Origin: Squalus acanthias
Taxonomy: Eukaryota
Length of the DNA stretch: 64,000 nucleotides
Assembly (NCBI GenBank): GCA_030390025.1
Contig: CM059425.1
Coordinates: forward strand, 71,734,001 to 71,798,000
Direction: 5' to 3'
Numbering within the stretch: position 1 is the stretch's first letter; each line of letters starts with the position of its first letter. The position numbers were made by a program, and so were the translations under genes. Below are positions 11,986 through 25,981 of the stretch, piece by piece. Under the pieces are notes generated by a model. That model was not told where the DNA came from. It did not search any database and worked only from the letters and a program-made list of their open reading frames with translations.

Positions 11986-13233
11986 ATTGTTTATGGTTCC
12001 CTGTCTGACAGGAAAACAATACCTTCTTTGTAACATACCCTCACTTCAACATTCTAATATAATACATATCTCTAGCAGAAAACCATTATGTACACCCTCT
12101 CACTATTAAGGCTGTGCCTCTCATCTCCATGCTTTAGGAACTTAGAATCCTACTTTGAATTTGAATTACTTAATCAGGCCGTTGATTCTGCAGGCAGTCT
12201 CCGATGTTACCTGGTATAGCACTTGTGGCTGTGCTTGGAACAAGCAGAAGTGCAGTTCAAAGTCTGAATAGATCAGTCTGGCCTAATTTAGATCTACTTA
12301 AAATTTGAAAGGAGTTCATATCTGCTTACTATTACATGCATTTTGTGTGGCAGCAACGATGGCTATTTAGAAAGGTCTTTGACTGGAGGTAGGACTGTAC
12401 TTTCCCATTTTTCAATAGCTCATCAATTATATTGTCCTCATTTTATGGTACAAAATTTGATTTATTTTGACTTTTTGTTAATGCTGATTGATTTATTTCA
12501 TTGCCTGTAACGCATAACAGTCAATGCCTGTCACAATCTTAAATGAGTTAATTTTCAGCCAATGTAAACACACAAAGCACCAAGCAGTGCCCGAGCTCAT
12601 ACCCTATCAAAGTGAGGTTTGCTGGAGCATTCACAATGCAAACTGCAAGCAGAGTTGCAAAGTCACTGGTATACACAGCTCAACACCCATTGACTGGGAA
12701 CTATAAAGACTATGTCAATGTTTAAAAATGCATCCTTACTGCCCGTCGACATGCAGTTTATGTCTAAAAAGACAGCAATTATTTGCTCCTTCAAAGAGCT
12801 GGCACAAGCACGATGGGCCGAATGGCCGCCTCCTCTGCTGTAAATTCTATGATCTTATATGGGCTTAGCACTTGCAACCTTCCTTACATGTGTCAGTTTA
12901 ACTGGAAGCAGAGCTGGAAATTGACCAGGTAAGTGCTTACTTCTAACACTTTAGAGATTACTTACTGATCTGTCATTTGAATAATTAGCACTGCATTGGA
13001 CCATATAAAATAACATATTTCTCAAGTAAACAGAGGGTTTAAAAAAAAAACAGCTAAGTGTAGACTGCAGAGGAAAAAAAAAGAGAGCTGCTCTCATTTT
13101 CAATAAAGCATTTGCAAAACTAAACCACATTCTTTCAAACTGAGCCTAAAACTAGATGTGCAGCTTCTGCAGGTAGTCACTTTGCTTTTTGTCTTTTCAT
13201 AGATGTGGTTGCTATTTCCAGGAAAAGCCTCAC

Positions 13234-13296
13234 CTTATAAAGTAACAGATCTTCAGGCAGGCTGCAGCACAGTTTTGTTCTAAAGCATTCTGATAT
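13234..13296 (-). CDS. RASGRP1: RASGRP1 coding exon (human exon 4 equivalent)
   Basis: AC acceptor (gacctac|ATATCAG), translates (L)YQNALEQNCAAACLKICYFI(R), donor AG|gtgagg. 63 nt, in frame with both neighbours. Confidence 0.92.
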
Positions 13297-16200
13297 GTAG
13301 GTCACCATTAAGGAAAACAGTTCTCATTTAAAGTGTCCAAGAATCACGATTTATATTCAGCAGGAGCATTGCTAGACCAGATGACTTCTTCTGCAAAACC
13401 ACTGCTGAATAAGATAGGCATTTATAGTTCACTACAGGCTGTATTGTCTCGAAACACACATCTCAAATATCACATCACCACTGCCAAAGTTTCTCTAAAA
13501 TGCAGTTTCAGATCTCCAATGGTGAACATAATGGAGGCCATTATCTGCAATGTTAAGATGTATTTAAAAGCAGTCATTAAAAAAAGTAATCAATATTTTA
13601 CTAGGTCACGACCGCGGATCTGTCTGAAATCATGTACCATTATCAGTTACACATGCTGATCAAAGAAAATGCATTTCATGCTGGGTATGATTCATAAGGG
13701 CTAATGAGAGTGGTGGCATTTATTTACTTGTACGGCTGGTCAGTTTTAATTTGTCTTTGAGAATTTTTTTTTATTCAGCGGTGCAGCTGATGTCTCTTCC
13801 CCCTGCGTTGTTGGGCAGGAAGTTGAGCAACAAGACAGTGTTGCAATGTCTCATCTAGAATTAAGTAGAGCATTAGGGTGCAAATCATCTTCAGGCAGAA
13901 TGACACAACGGATGTCAGTGCCAATGGCATCTCAAACTCTTTCACCATACACCTGAATTATTGAAATTTGTTATTGAACACTATTTGAACATTCACTCAA
14001 AATAAAGCTTGTTCACTACTTGCATTGGTAAACTTTGTTATTCACAAACTAGTTTTTATGGCCTGAGCTGGCGACCTACCTATAATTTCCTTGTTCAAGA
14101 CATATTACATTTCTAGGTCTCACTGGTGGGTTCTGTTGGATATTTGATGGGTAAGAGCATTGCCAAATGTGGAATGAGCCCGACAGAACAGGCAGGCCCC
14201 ATGTATGGATTGTGCTGATTTCAGCTGGGCAATAGTGGAGTTGCTACAATTAATATTGTGTCCCTGGGCTAGAAAGGAGAAAAAGCATCTGGGGTTTGCA
14301 CTTCTGATCATGTGATCACTGTACAGCGTTCCCTGATGCAGCATGTGCATTTTTGGACACTGGATGTAACCAATAGGCCTGCTGATGTTCACTGTTCTGT
14401 GCAGGATTACAAATTAGCAATAGCTTCTGCATAGTCGCAGGGAGATACTAGTGACCGTAGAATCATACCCATCATGAGTTATGACCTTTGGGAGGGTGGG
14501 GTGCAGAAAGGTGGGGGGACAAAGATTTGCCTGCAGAAGTGTATAATAGGCATGATAATGGCAAAGTACAATTTTACAAAGTGATCCAGTGATTTGACTA
14601 AATCACATCAAATTCCAATCCCTAGGGTCAAAAACTGTAACATTTGGTTTTGTAACATTTGGTTTCTCAGACAGGTGAAAATGTCTGCACTGTGGGTTTA
14701 TTTCCTTTGCAATCTGGAATGAGAGCAACAGGGGGAAAAAATCTTTGTCTTTAACTTGATGCGTGTCATATAAACCAATATCATGCGGTGTCACTCATAC
14801 CAAGTACTTCACTATGAATAGGTGCTTTGGTGCGTCCTTTTCAAGTATCTGGGAAGCTTTTCATCTCTCTACAAGCCTGCTGCTCATTCTGTGGGATGAC
14901 AGACTAATTATCATAATGGTTAATGTGTCTTCTGAAGTAGCTTTCGTTGCCTAGGTTATTTTAAACACCATCTCATTGATTAGAGTCTATTTTGGAACAA
15001 AGTTTCAATTGGACAGAGTACTAGAGAAACATTAAATTAGTGCTTGCATATTCTGTAGTGTTGGAAATGTTAAGAGGTCATCAGAAACAGGAGATATTTA
15101 TAATGCATATGCATTTGGTAAAAGCATGTTCGAATTCCTCTTCCTTCTTCTAGCACTCTCAGACAGTATTATTATAACACAATATAATTCTAATAGTATT
15201 AAGATTATAACACTACTTCTGTTGTAAGACTCCTGTAGGTTTGCCACCTGATCCAGCTTTGGCCAAGACTGTCTGATTTTTGAGTGGAGTGTCCAGAAGT
15301 TTCTGAAATTGAACCCGGATGCCAATAGTTTGTTTTTATAATACAAGTCTATTTTTCCCATTTAATCATGACCGGTTTCATTATCGTTAAAGACTGGTTC
15401 AGAGGAGCTATAGGGCTCTCATTATTTTGTGCTGGGATCAGCATCCTCCCTGTTACTCTGATACAATTAAAAGTTTAGTACTACCCTGGACCTGGTTACT
15501 TTTATGCTTTGAACCCATTATATGCACGACAAACTGGATGGAGACTACTTAAAATGTTTTCATGCGAGATCTTTACAGTCTACAAAGAGAGATGATTTTA
15601 ATCCCATTGGTCTGGTAATTCAAATCACAGTTTCAGAGGTGAAAAGACTGTGTTCTATCCCGCTGAATCATCCAGTGTTACAATTTATGCTGTTGACATC
15701 ATCAGGGGAACTCAGCTGGAGGAGTTTCTAGAGCTGAAAATATCAGGGAGCTAAACTGGAACCAGTAGAGAGTCATCTACCGATGGGCCCATCTGCATAC
15801 CCCATTGTGTAAATATGATAAGGCCTTTGATAAGATACTGCATAGTAGAGTCATGACCAAGGTCAGAGCATGTGGAGTCAGGGGACAAGTAGAACAATGG
15901 ATAGCAAGCTGGCCACAAAACAGAAAACAGAGAATGGAGCTAAGGGTAGTTACTCAATCTGGCAAAAGGTGAGAAATGGTGTTCCACAAGGATCAATGCT
16001 GGGACCACTGCTGTTCACAATTTAAATAAATGATTTGGACTCGGGAATTAGAAGTACGATTTCAAAATTTGAAGATGACATCAAATTTGGGGGTGGGGGG
16101 GTATAGTTAATACTGAGGAAGACAGCAACAAAATACAGAAGACATTAATAACCTTGCAGAATGGGCATGTAATTGGCAAATGAACTTCACTGTAGATAAA

Positions 16201-17825
16201 TGTGGGGTGGTACATTTTGGTAGGAAAAATAAGGAGGCCAAATACTCCTTGGAAAATAAGTGTCTAAATGGGGTAAAGGAACAGAGGGATCTGGGGGTAC
16301 AGATACTCAAATCACTAAAAGTAGCAGCGCAGGTTAATAAGGCCATAAGAAAGCAAACAATGCACTGGGCTAATTTCTAGAGGGATAGAAAAGCAGCGAA
16401 GCTATGTTAAACTTGTGTCGAACCTTGGTTAAACCACACCTGGAGTACTGTGAACAGTTCTGGTCTCCATATTACAAAAATGATGTAGAGACACTGGAGA
16501 AGGTGCAAAAAAGATTTACAAGGATGATACCAGAACTGAAAGGTTATACCCATCAGGAAAGATTGAACAAGCGGGGGCTCTTTTCTCTGGAAAAGAGAAG
16601 GCTGAGGGGTGACCTGATAGAGGTCTTTAAGATTATGAAAGGGTTTGATAGGGTAGACTTAGAGAAGATGTTTCCACTTGTGGAGCGACCAAAACTAGGG
16701 GCCATAAATATAAGATAATCACTAATAAATCCAATGAGGAGTTCAGGAGAAACTTCTTTACCCAGATAGTGGCTAGAATGTGGAACTCGCTACCACAAGG
16801 AGCAGATGAGGCAAATAGCATAGATACATTTAAGGAGAAGCTAGATAAGTACACGAGAGAGAATGGAATAGAATATCTAGTTTTATTAAGCTCTGGCGAA
16901 TTAAAAACCCCCAGAAAAGCACAGCAAACAAATCTCTTAAAAAAGATCTCTCATTTGCAATAACAAGGCATGTAGAGACCCCTTGAGATATCCAATATGG
17001 TAATGGTGGAACTGCAACATTTACACTGACTAGACTGTATTGCTTTGAGTGATGAGCTTCTAAGATGATATATAACTGTAGCCTATGAATGGATTACTGT
17101 TTGAGAATGAGGGGCTCTAATCTACCGCATAAGTGTAAAGTGTGTGAAAAGAGTGCTAAATTATGGACGGAAATGAACATTACTCTATTGCTACACACTG
17201 CATAGAGGGACGATGAGTTTCACCAGGAGGGAATGAGGCAAAGTTTGCTTTATTTGCTTGGCATGAATGCATAACTTCGTAAAAAGTTTATTTATTTTAC
17301 CTTATTTAATCCATGAAGAAAACCCTCTTCTCTATCAAACACAGGAAAATTACACAAAATCCTTGAATATATGGAAATGTCAATCTGCTTTTCACCAACA
17401 TGAGGGCAAAACTAATGAAATATTAAAAAAGAAACCTTAAACTAAAAAAAACTAATAGCTTTATTTCAATCCGGATGCACTCGTACTGGTATATGAGTTA
17501 CATTTGAAAGTGATAATAAAACCTATGCTGACTGTAATGAAATTGAACTTTCACTACCAAATAAAGTGGTTATTCTTATATTAAACATAATAAATGAAGT
17601 AACCCAGGAACAGTGTGCTTTTATATTTAAGAAAGGGGGAATATACCTTCAGCTTTTTATTTCACAACTGAAAAAGAATTTTGACGTATCATGAAAATAA
17701 AATTAATCTTATTCTGCTGCCTGGCCATCCTGTTTAACATGAATGGTTTACCATCCAGATGTACTGTTACACTCCAGTGGTGAAGCCTGCTTTGCAGCTC
17801 AAGTGGTATCGCAGCAAAAGGATAT
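13297..17825 (-). other. RASGRP1: U12-type (minor spliceosome) AT-AC intron of RASGRP1
   Basis: 5' site ATATCCTTTT at 17825-17816, branch site TTCCTTAAT at 13315-13307, terminal AC at 13298-13297. Splicing here restores the reading frame (CT|A = Leu). Confidence 0.93.
15815..16870 (+). mobile_element. CR1 LINE fragment with frameshifts, inside the U12 intron
   Basis: Broken ORFs 16180..16380 and 16404..16718 (KPHLEYCEQFWSP, EKRRLRGDLIEVFKIMKG). Confidence 0.9.
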
Positions 17826-17931
17826 AGTGTGATCAGCTTCTGCAGCAGCTCTGTGGACGACATGTTGAAGCGGTGCATGGTCAGAGTCACCTGCAGCAGG
17901 TAGCTGCTTCGACACAGGTTCCCGTCTGCAT
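17826..17931 (-). CDS. RASGRP1: RAS guanyl-releasing protein 1, coding exon equivalent to human exon 3 (REM domain)
   Basis: Minus strand reads ccaacag|AT GCA GAC GGG... = (D)[35 protein letters not shown], close to human [33 protein letters not shown]. 106 nt. Followed by the U12 donor ATATCCTTTT. Confidence 0.93.
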
Positions 17932-18760
17932 CTGTTGGAAGGGGGAAAGTTACAGAAATTGGAACACCGGCTCGTTAATCTCTTCGCTCTCCCATTTTAT
18001 TTATGCCAACACTCCTATTTACCTGCAGTAATGGAGTCTTTGAATTTAACCTCAATTATTTTGCTAATGTGTTCTTTCATCATATTCAATACTCTGTGCA
18101 TTCTAATAATTTCATATACAGACTATTTGGAGAATGGCACGCTGTTCAGCTGGAAATATTTCATTGGCCATGCTACAAAATCAGAGACATTGAAATCAAT
18201 CAACGCCAGTAGTGAAAAACCAGGCTGATAGTGAATCAGCACCTTTTTTTTACACTGTTTAGCGTTATTGGTGTTGGCTAATTTCACCCCCAGAAGTACA
18301 AACTGAAGTACAAGCTTACACAGGACTGTGAAAGAGAAGCTGCCTTGTTTTGTCCCCACTCTGTGCACAAAGTTTTTATTTGTAGGTGGCTTTGTCCTAC
18401 ATCTGTTTGGGCTACCATTTTGTTATTCAAATTCATGACTGACCCAAGCTATTGTCATTGTAAGGAATGTAGCTCACCGCTCAGGAAAGTCCAGCTTCCC
18501 ATTATCAGGAAAATCAGTTGTGAACACAGTTTTGGAATTTTAATCATTTGGGGACAGGAGTTATTTTCTTGCATCTTTTAATATTTTTTTTTTAAATTGG
18601 CACAGCACAGTGACCATGCCATCAAACAATACTCTGCTTTGCTGCATCACTGTGGATTCAAGGATCCCCGAGATGACACAGGATTTGATTGCCCTCAACT
18701 ACTTTGACCCATCCTGAAAAGCTTCAACTCGCAGATTAAAACAGGTCACAGGTCTATTAG

Positions 18761-18885
18761 TGTAGTGTATTATCACATGGTTTAGTATGAGCATGCTCAG
18801 TTCGCTCTGGCCTAGTAAAGCAAGCACATGGACTAGCAACTCATCCTGTCTCTGTCCTTCATTTGTTCTACCCACATATATTACA
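18761..18885 (+). repeat. 5' LTR (125 bp)
   Basis: Direct repeat of 22263-22399 with 5 substitutions. The 3' LTR has an extra 12-bp duplication. Confidence 0.93.
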
Positions 18886-21073
18886 TTTTGGCGACAAGGA
18901 TGGGATGCCAAAGCCATTTTTAGGGATCATGGAAGGACACAGTGTTCAACCTTCGAGTGGAAAAGTTTAAGGTACACAGGTAGCGTGCGGAGTCACTGTT
19001 CGACGGAATCGGGACAATCATGGCCGCACCTACGTGATTCATCGGAAGCCTCGGCATGTATGACCGAGCTCGTGAACCATTCAGTTCTTACATTGAGCGG
19101 ATGGAGATGTTTTTTAGGGCCAATAACATTATTGAGACCGAAGGTGCAGATGAGAATGTTCAAGCTCAAAATAAAGTAATTCGTGAACGTAAAAAAGCAA
19201 TTTTTCTAATGGAGATCGGGCCAGATGTCTACGGAATGTTGACAAACCTACTCGTGCCAGGAAAAGCGAAGGATTTGTCATTTGATGACATTGTCAAGAA
19301 ACTCGAGGACCATTTCAACCCAAAGCAATTAGAAATAGCAGAGGGCTATAAGTTTGGTACCAGAAATCAAAAAGAAAGTGAAACCATCAGAGAGTACATT
19401 GTAGCTCTTAAGAACCTGGCTTTGCATTGTAACTTCAGCACATTTTTGGATTGTGCATTGAGAGATAAGTTTGTGTGTGGACTGGTGGTTGAGCGCACAC
19501 AGTCCAAGTTACTGAACACTCCGAACCAAACATTTGACATAGCATGCAAAATTGCCCTATCTATGGAGATGGCATCTAAGAATGTTAGGGAGCTCCGTCC
19601 AACTCAAGTGACTAGTGCAGTTGAGGTTTACAGTCACAAAGCCACCGCCAAACCTAAAGCTGTGAGACCAAGTCAAAAGCATGTCGGTGAGAGCAGTTCA
19701 GTGAATTGTTATCGGTGCAATGGAAAACACTCACCACAGTCCTGCCAATACAGAAATGCAAGTGTTTTCACTGTCAGAAGAAAGGCCATATTTCAACAGC
19801 TTGCAGAGCTAGATCTAAAGCAGGAAGTAAGAACCATTCTAGTGGCAATGCAAAGCAACGACAACAAAAGGGAGGAATATTGAAGTGAACACACCTGATG
19901 TTGAAGAACTAGGCATCTACAGTATCTATGCCACTAGCAGTCATGAGAAAGATTTCCGTACAAAACTTTTGATCAATGACCAATGTATTGATATGTGTAT
20001 CGACACGGCGGCAGACTGCTCTATTATGAGTAAGGACACGAGACTAAGCTTAATCAAATACCACTTACAAAGAGTACCGTGGAGTTAAAAACCTACTCTG
20101 GAGAAATCCTAGAGACATGTGGACAAATGGAATGTACATTTCAACACAATGGCCAGTCAGTAAAGCTGCTTATTACTGTAGCGAGCTACAACAACAGGCT
20201 AACCCTCATGGGTAAAGACTGGTTGAGAAAGTTAAAACTAGACTGTAAAAACATCTTCAGTGTAGATGCTTCAAAGAAGTGACTCGACACAATGCTGAAC
20301 AAGTACAAAATCATGTTCACAGACAGTTATGAGGATATCACTGGGTATGACGTGCATATCCACATCAAGTCCAATGCGAAGCCTGTCTATTGTAAGGCAA
20401 GGCTGGTCCCCTATGTGTTCAAAAGTCAGGTGGAGGAAGAGCTAGTGAAACTGAGAGAATGGAGTGCTAGTAAAAACTGACAAAAGTGAATGGGCTACCC
20501 CAATTGTGGTAGTGCCCAAAGCAGACAAAACTGTACGCTTGTGCGGTGACTACAAAGTTACTATCAAGCAGTTCACGATGAGCAGTACCCATTACCTACA
20601 TCACAAGATTTGTATGCAGCACTCTCTGGGTCAAAGGTTTTCTCCAAGCTCGACCTGTCGCACGCTTATGCTCAGCTGAAATGTTGACAAAGAGAGTCAG
20701 CAGTATCTCACCATCAACACACACAAGGGACTGTACTCATACACCAAGCTGCCGTATGGTGTAAAGTCCTCCCCCAAAATCTTCCAGGCTACGATGGATA
20801 AGATTTTGCAAGGAGTTCCAAATTGCTTATGCAATCAAGACGATGTGCTGATCACAACAAACAGCGAGGAAGAAAATCTAGAAGTGTTAGATATAGTACT
20901 TCAAAGGTCGAATCCCACAATGTCAAATTGATAAGGAGCAAATGTGCTTTTGTGCAGCCCGAGGTTGTGTACCTTGGTCTGAAAGTTGATGCAAATGGCT
21001 TGCAAACAGTTAAGGAAAAGGTTGATGATGTCATCAATGCTCCAAAGCCACAGAACGTGTCTGAGCTGAGATC

Positions 21074-21257
21074 TTTCCTTGGAATGGTCCAGTACTACAC
21101 ACGTTTCCTTGGAATGGTCCAGTACTACACACGTTTCCTTGGAATGGTCCAGTACTACACACGTTTCCTTGGAATGGTCCAGTACTACACACGTTTCCTT
21201 GGAATGGTCCAGTACTACACACGTTTCCTTGGAATGGTCCAGTACTACACACGTTTC
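21074..21257 (+). repeat. 30-bp tandem repeat x6 inside Gypsy pol (in-frame FLGMVQYYTR)
   Basis: Six identical units TTTCCTTGGAATGGTCCAGTACTACACACG. Confidence 0.97.
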
Positions 21258-22262
21258 TTACCCGAGTTAGCTCCATTGCTCAAGCCCCTCAAGCAGGATG
21301 TCCAGTGGAAGTGGCCGAAAGCGCAACAGGAAGCTCACGATGCTTGTAAGAGAAGTCTCTCTAGCGATGCTCTACTTGTGCACTACAACACAGAGCGTGA
21401 GCTTAAGTTAGTGTGTGATGCTTCTAGCTATGGTGTGGGAGCTGTCACAAGCCACGTAATAGATGACGGCCAAGAGAAACCAATCGCATTCGCATCGTGA
21501 ACCCTCACAAAGAGCAAAAGAAACTACGCGCAAATTGAAAAGGAAGCACTCGTCATAGTGTTTGGAATCAAGAAATTCCAATAGTTCCTGATCGGCAGAA
21601 AGTTTACCCTGATAACCAATCACAAACAGCTCCTAGCAATATTGGGGCCCAAATCTGCCATCCCTGCAATGGCCGCATCAAGAATGCAATGTTGGGCAGT
21701 GTTGTTGTCACAATATGACTACATGATTGACTATCACACTTCAAAGCAAAACACAATCACAGATGCCTTATCCAGGTTGTCACAAGAAGACTCGTGTTGG
21801 GAGTGAAGGTGAGATTTTCACGCTAAGTGAAGTTGACAAAGACTTTCCCGTGAATGCAACTGAGATTGCAGATGAGACTCAAAAAGACTCAGTACTGAAA
21901 AAGTGTATGAAAACACCTTGAATGGATGGACTGATCAGTGTATGGACACAGAATTGAAACCATTCCATAACCATCATACTGAATTGTCTTGTGAGCAAGG
22001 TTGTATCAAGTGAGGAAACACTACTTCTTTGAGTTCAGAACCAAAACAAAACAGCCCGAAAATTGGTTCAACACCAAAACCTTCTTTGAGGAGATCAGGA
22101 AGGCTCCGCAAACCTGTTATTAAACTGGATTTGTAGTTCATTTAAAAGAAAAAAAGCCAGGAGTTTTTGTTATGTGGAACGTGTAATGCTGGGAAAGGTG
22201 GGACCATAGTTTTGTTGTATTTGAGAGGGGAATACATACATTTTTCTTTAAGGGGAAAGCAG

Positions 22263-22399
22263 TGTAATGTATTATCACATGGTTTGTCACATGGTTTACT
22301 ATGAGCATGCTCAGTTTGCTCTGGCCTAATAAAGCAAGCACATGGACTAGCAACTCATCCTGTCTCTGTCCTTCATTTGTTCTATCCACATATATTACA
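22263..22399 (+). repeat. 3' LTR (137 bp)
   Basis: Preceded by a purine tract, ends TTACA, followed by TSD ATTAG. Confidence 0.93.
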
Positions 22400-25232
22400 A
22401 TTAGTGCTGGCACAAAAGTACCACATCAAAGAGCCAATCCAATTGAGCAGAGTCTTGTCATATGTAAAATGTCAGCACCACAGTCTATTTGATTAATTAT
22501 CTGGGCAAACAAAGCTTCCCTTGTTGTTAAAAAGCTGGAATACCTGATGTTTTGGTTACACAACATGGCTGGCCAGTTGGCTGGAAAAACAGCAGTCACA
22601 TATTAACATCTCAGCCCCAGTTTTATAGGATATAAATACTCGTGTTAAGATGCTACTTACGTAGTGATTTTTACAGAACCGCTAGTAATCGCTGAGAAAA
22701 TGGTTAATTACTCCCCATTTAGTTTAAAGGTAATTTCTTGTGCTGAATTTATAAAGTTCCAATTTATTTATTCCAGTTGATGGGGTTAGATGAAGAAGGG
22801 TGGGAGGAGGCTCGTGTGGAATATAAACACCGGCATGGACCTGTTGGGTTGAATGGCCTGGTTCTGTGCTGTAAATACTTTGTAATTTAATAGAGTAAGG
22901 GTTAACCATGACCTTCACATCGTTACATTGAACATGCATTAGCAAAGAAAATTTTCAGTTATGAAATTCTAAAATTACACTAATCACTGAGGCAATTGTC
23001 ATTCTATAGCATAAAATATAAGCATCACATGCTCATGTCCCATGGGCTGTCTTGTCACATGAATTAGCCAGTGCTGGCTCTCCTCAGTGATCAGCCACAT
23101 CATTAGGTGGTGCTCTTTGCTGCCCATTTAACTAGAAAGGGATGAGTGGGCAACTGAACCCATCTTCGTTGTCTTATTGTATATTTGCCTCCTAGTAGCT
23201 ACTGTGGTTGTTGAAAGACACAGCCTTGACTTGATAGTTAATATTACAGAATAATAAAAGGTATAATATCACTTTTATACTTGTTCTAATTTATAGATCA
23301 CATGAACTTTTAAAACCTTAGAACTGCACTGTGATGTATACAGCTTAAAAAAAAAGGAATGGCTGCAATGCAGAGTTAAAAGGATTGTGTTGGCTATTTG
23401 TTTAGTTTAATTCAAATGCTTCCATACCCCTAGGATTATTGACTAAAATGTTGGCAGTTAGCCAAAATTGATTGATTGTAATTTATATTAATTCCAAACA
23501 TCCCTATCGCATTGATTAATTCTCTTCACGTGAATAATCCATTTGTCTTCCTGGCTGGCTACTTTTGTTCTGATCTGATTGCCTCCTCCTTACCACCCAT
23601 GATTATGCCTTCTATTGGTAAATCAGAGGTTTGTTTCAGAAGCTTCTTTACTATAACCTCTCAGCATAGATACAGAGCTGGCACTTTTCAGAAATTATTT
23701 TCTGAGATTATTGGGCCAGTGAATCAACCCTGACCTCATCCACAATAAAGATGTTTGGTGCCTAAAAAAAATTCAGATGTTTTGGTAGATATTTGAGCAA
23801 AGAAGTGATGTATTTCATGCCTTTCGTGTTTTTATGTACTATAGAAACTGGTAACATTGGGACACAGACCAAACTCAAAAACTATGGTGAATCTATAAAT
23901 TAAATTGGATGGAAGCATTTGATGGAGTGCAAAACTTTTCAGCTTTACTTTACATTCCCTTCCCCCCACCATCTTTGGCTGTACATTAATCTGCAGCAAA
24001 GTACACACACACACACACACACTTCGTCGCCCAGACAGGTACAGAACATCTTGCTGGGGCTTTCTGTTGGGTCACCAAATACATGAATAAATGGCTAAAA
24101 TTCTGGTAACCCCCCCCAAAAATACAATTCTTCATTGTCAACATCGAATGGGGAGTTAAATATATCATAAAAAAACAAGTAGGCATGCTTAAATGATGCT
24201 CTTCGTCAAGTTTAGACATGGATGAGGTTTTGGATATTTTCAGTATCATTGTAAAGAACATTAGAATAGCGAGAGTCTTGGCATTTCTGCATTCAGCTAT
24301 ATGCTCGACTTCAAGAAACCATATTCACAGAAAATGATTCTCTGGTGTACAAACAGCTCTTACTTCACGACTCCAGTCTAAAAGAAATGCCTTTTTTCTG
24401 CACTGTGAAGCTGTGTTGCTCATCTGCATTGTCTGCCATTGTTTACCGCCAAAACAAAGGATGTGTCACATTCTGCAGTCTGACCTAATAAATAAGCCAC
24501 CACAAGTGAGGTTAATCAGATAATTCACAAGTGGCAAAGTCAGTCTCACAAACTTAGTTGATCAGCATTAACTCCATCTCTAACATTTTTGTGTTTTAAA
24601 GTATAAAACTATAAAGTTTAAACTGTGAAAAGAATAGGTGATGAGCATTTTTTTTTTAACTTATTTGTAAATTTGAGAAAATTGCCTTGTGATCTCATCT
24701 GCCTATATTGCCTCTCATCAATATTTCCACAGCCGTTTCTCCATCTACATGCTTTAACTATTGTTAGAAAAATGGTTTGAAGGGCACACGTCAATAATTC
24801 AGTATGCAAATGGGCTTCCCAGTGTGGTATTGAGCCATACAGACCAGGTATGTCTCGAGTTTCATCCCTGGTGCATGGTGGACAATGGTCGGGTGATAGA
24901 ATTGGCCTTAGGGATGATGAAAATTCGTTGGGGTTCCCACTCCAATCAGCAAACTGGAAAGTGGGACTTTGGATGAGGACAGAATCAGGCTTGGCTATAA
25001 TTTCTCCTCCAACTTGAATGACCTTGCACATAAATCATCAGGTGACGTCAAAGACGTGGCAGGCTGCCATAGTTCATGGAACTGAACCCTAGCACGAGTC
25101 TGATGGGTCGGGAGCAGAATCTTGGCTGATTTTCTCTTCCCTGCATTTACAAGCTGTCATTCAGGGAGCTGAATTTCTTTCATATATTTAAATTTTCAAT
25201 GAAATATTTTAATCCAGAAAGGAATAAAACAC

Positions 25233-25981
25233 TAATTCAAAAGCAAAATACTGCGGATGCTGGAAATCTGATATAAAAACAGAAAATGCTGGTAATACTC
25301 AGCAGGTCAGGCAGCACCTGTGGAGAGAGAAACAGAGTAAACATTTCAGGTCGATGACCCTTTGTCAGAACTGGAAAAAACTGGAGATGGAACAGGTTTT
25401 TAAGCAAGGGCAGGGGCAGGGAAAGGGGGGAGGGGAGGAAAGAACAAAAGGGAAGGTCTGTGATAGGATGGAAGGCAGGAGAGATTAAGAGACATTAAGA
25501 GAGATTAAGAGATGGTGCAAGGCAAAAGGAGATGGTAATGGGACAAGTTAAGAAACAAAAGATGGCTCTAGATGAAGTGTAAATGGCACTGGCAGAATGA
25601 AAGAAAGCTGCCATGTGGGAGAGAGAGAAAAATGGAGAAAAAAAAGGATAGGGGCAGAGGTTATGGTCTGAAATTGTTGAACTCTATGTTGAGTCCAGAA
25701 GGCTAATCGAAAGATGAGGTGCTGTTCCTCGAGTTTACGTTGAGCTTCATTGAAGCAGTGTAAGAGGCCGAGAACGGTGAGGTCTGAGTGGGAGTGGAGC
25801 GGAGAATTAAAGTGACAGGCGACCGGAAGCTCAGGGTCACCCTTATGGACTGAACGGAGGTGTTCCGCAAAGCGGTCACCCAATCTGCGTTTGGTCTCCC
25901 CAATGTAGAGGAGACCGCATCATGAGCAGCGAATACAGTATACTAAATTGCAAGAAGTACAAGTAAATCGCAAGGAGCCAC
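25233..25981 (-). mobile_element. Penelope-like element (family A), 5'-truncated: GIY-YIG end + 3' UTR
   Basis: ORF 25548..25883 (GDRFAEHLRSV...QRKLEEQHLIFRL) matches the C-terminus of 39945..41720. TSD AAGGAATAAAACAC at 25219-25232 and 25982-25995. Confidence 0.9.

Larger units (their letters stand above)
18761..22399 (+). mobile_element. Gypsy/Ty3 LTR retrotransposon, Mag-like, defective
   Basis: LTRs at 18761-18885 and 22263-22399 (TG...CA), TSD ATTAG (18756-60, 22400-04), PBS TGGCGACAAGGATGGGAT, PPT aaggggaaagcag. Gag has two Cys/His knuckles. Protease IDTAADCS, RT (WATPIVVVPK, RLCGDYKVT) and RNase H (LVCDASSYGVGA) are present. Many frameshifts. Confidence 0.93.

Noticed and set aside
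3561-17931. Assignment to RASGRP2/3/4
   Set aside because: Peptides such as [16 protein letters not shown] and YWITEFW and all exon lengths fit RASGRP1 best as I recall them. A phylogeny would be the definitive check.
21074-21257. CRISPR-like 30-bp repeats
   Set aside because: No spacers. The unit is a normal Gypsy RT coding segment.
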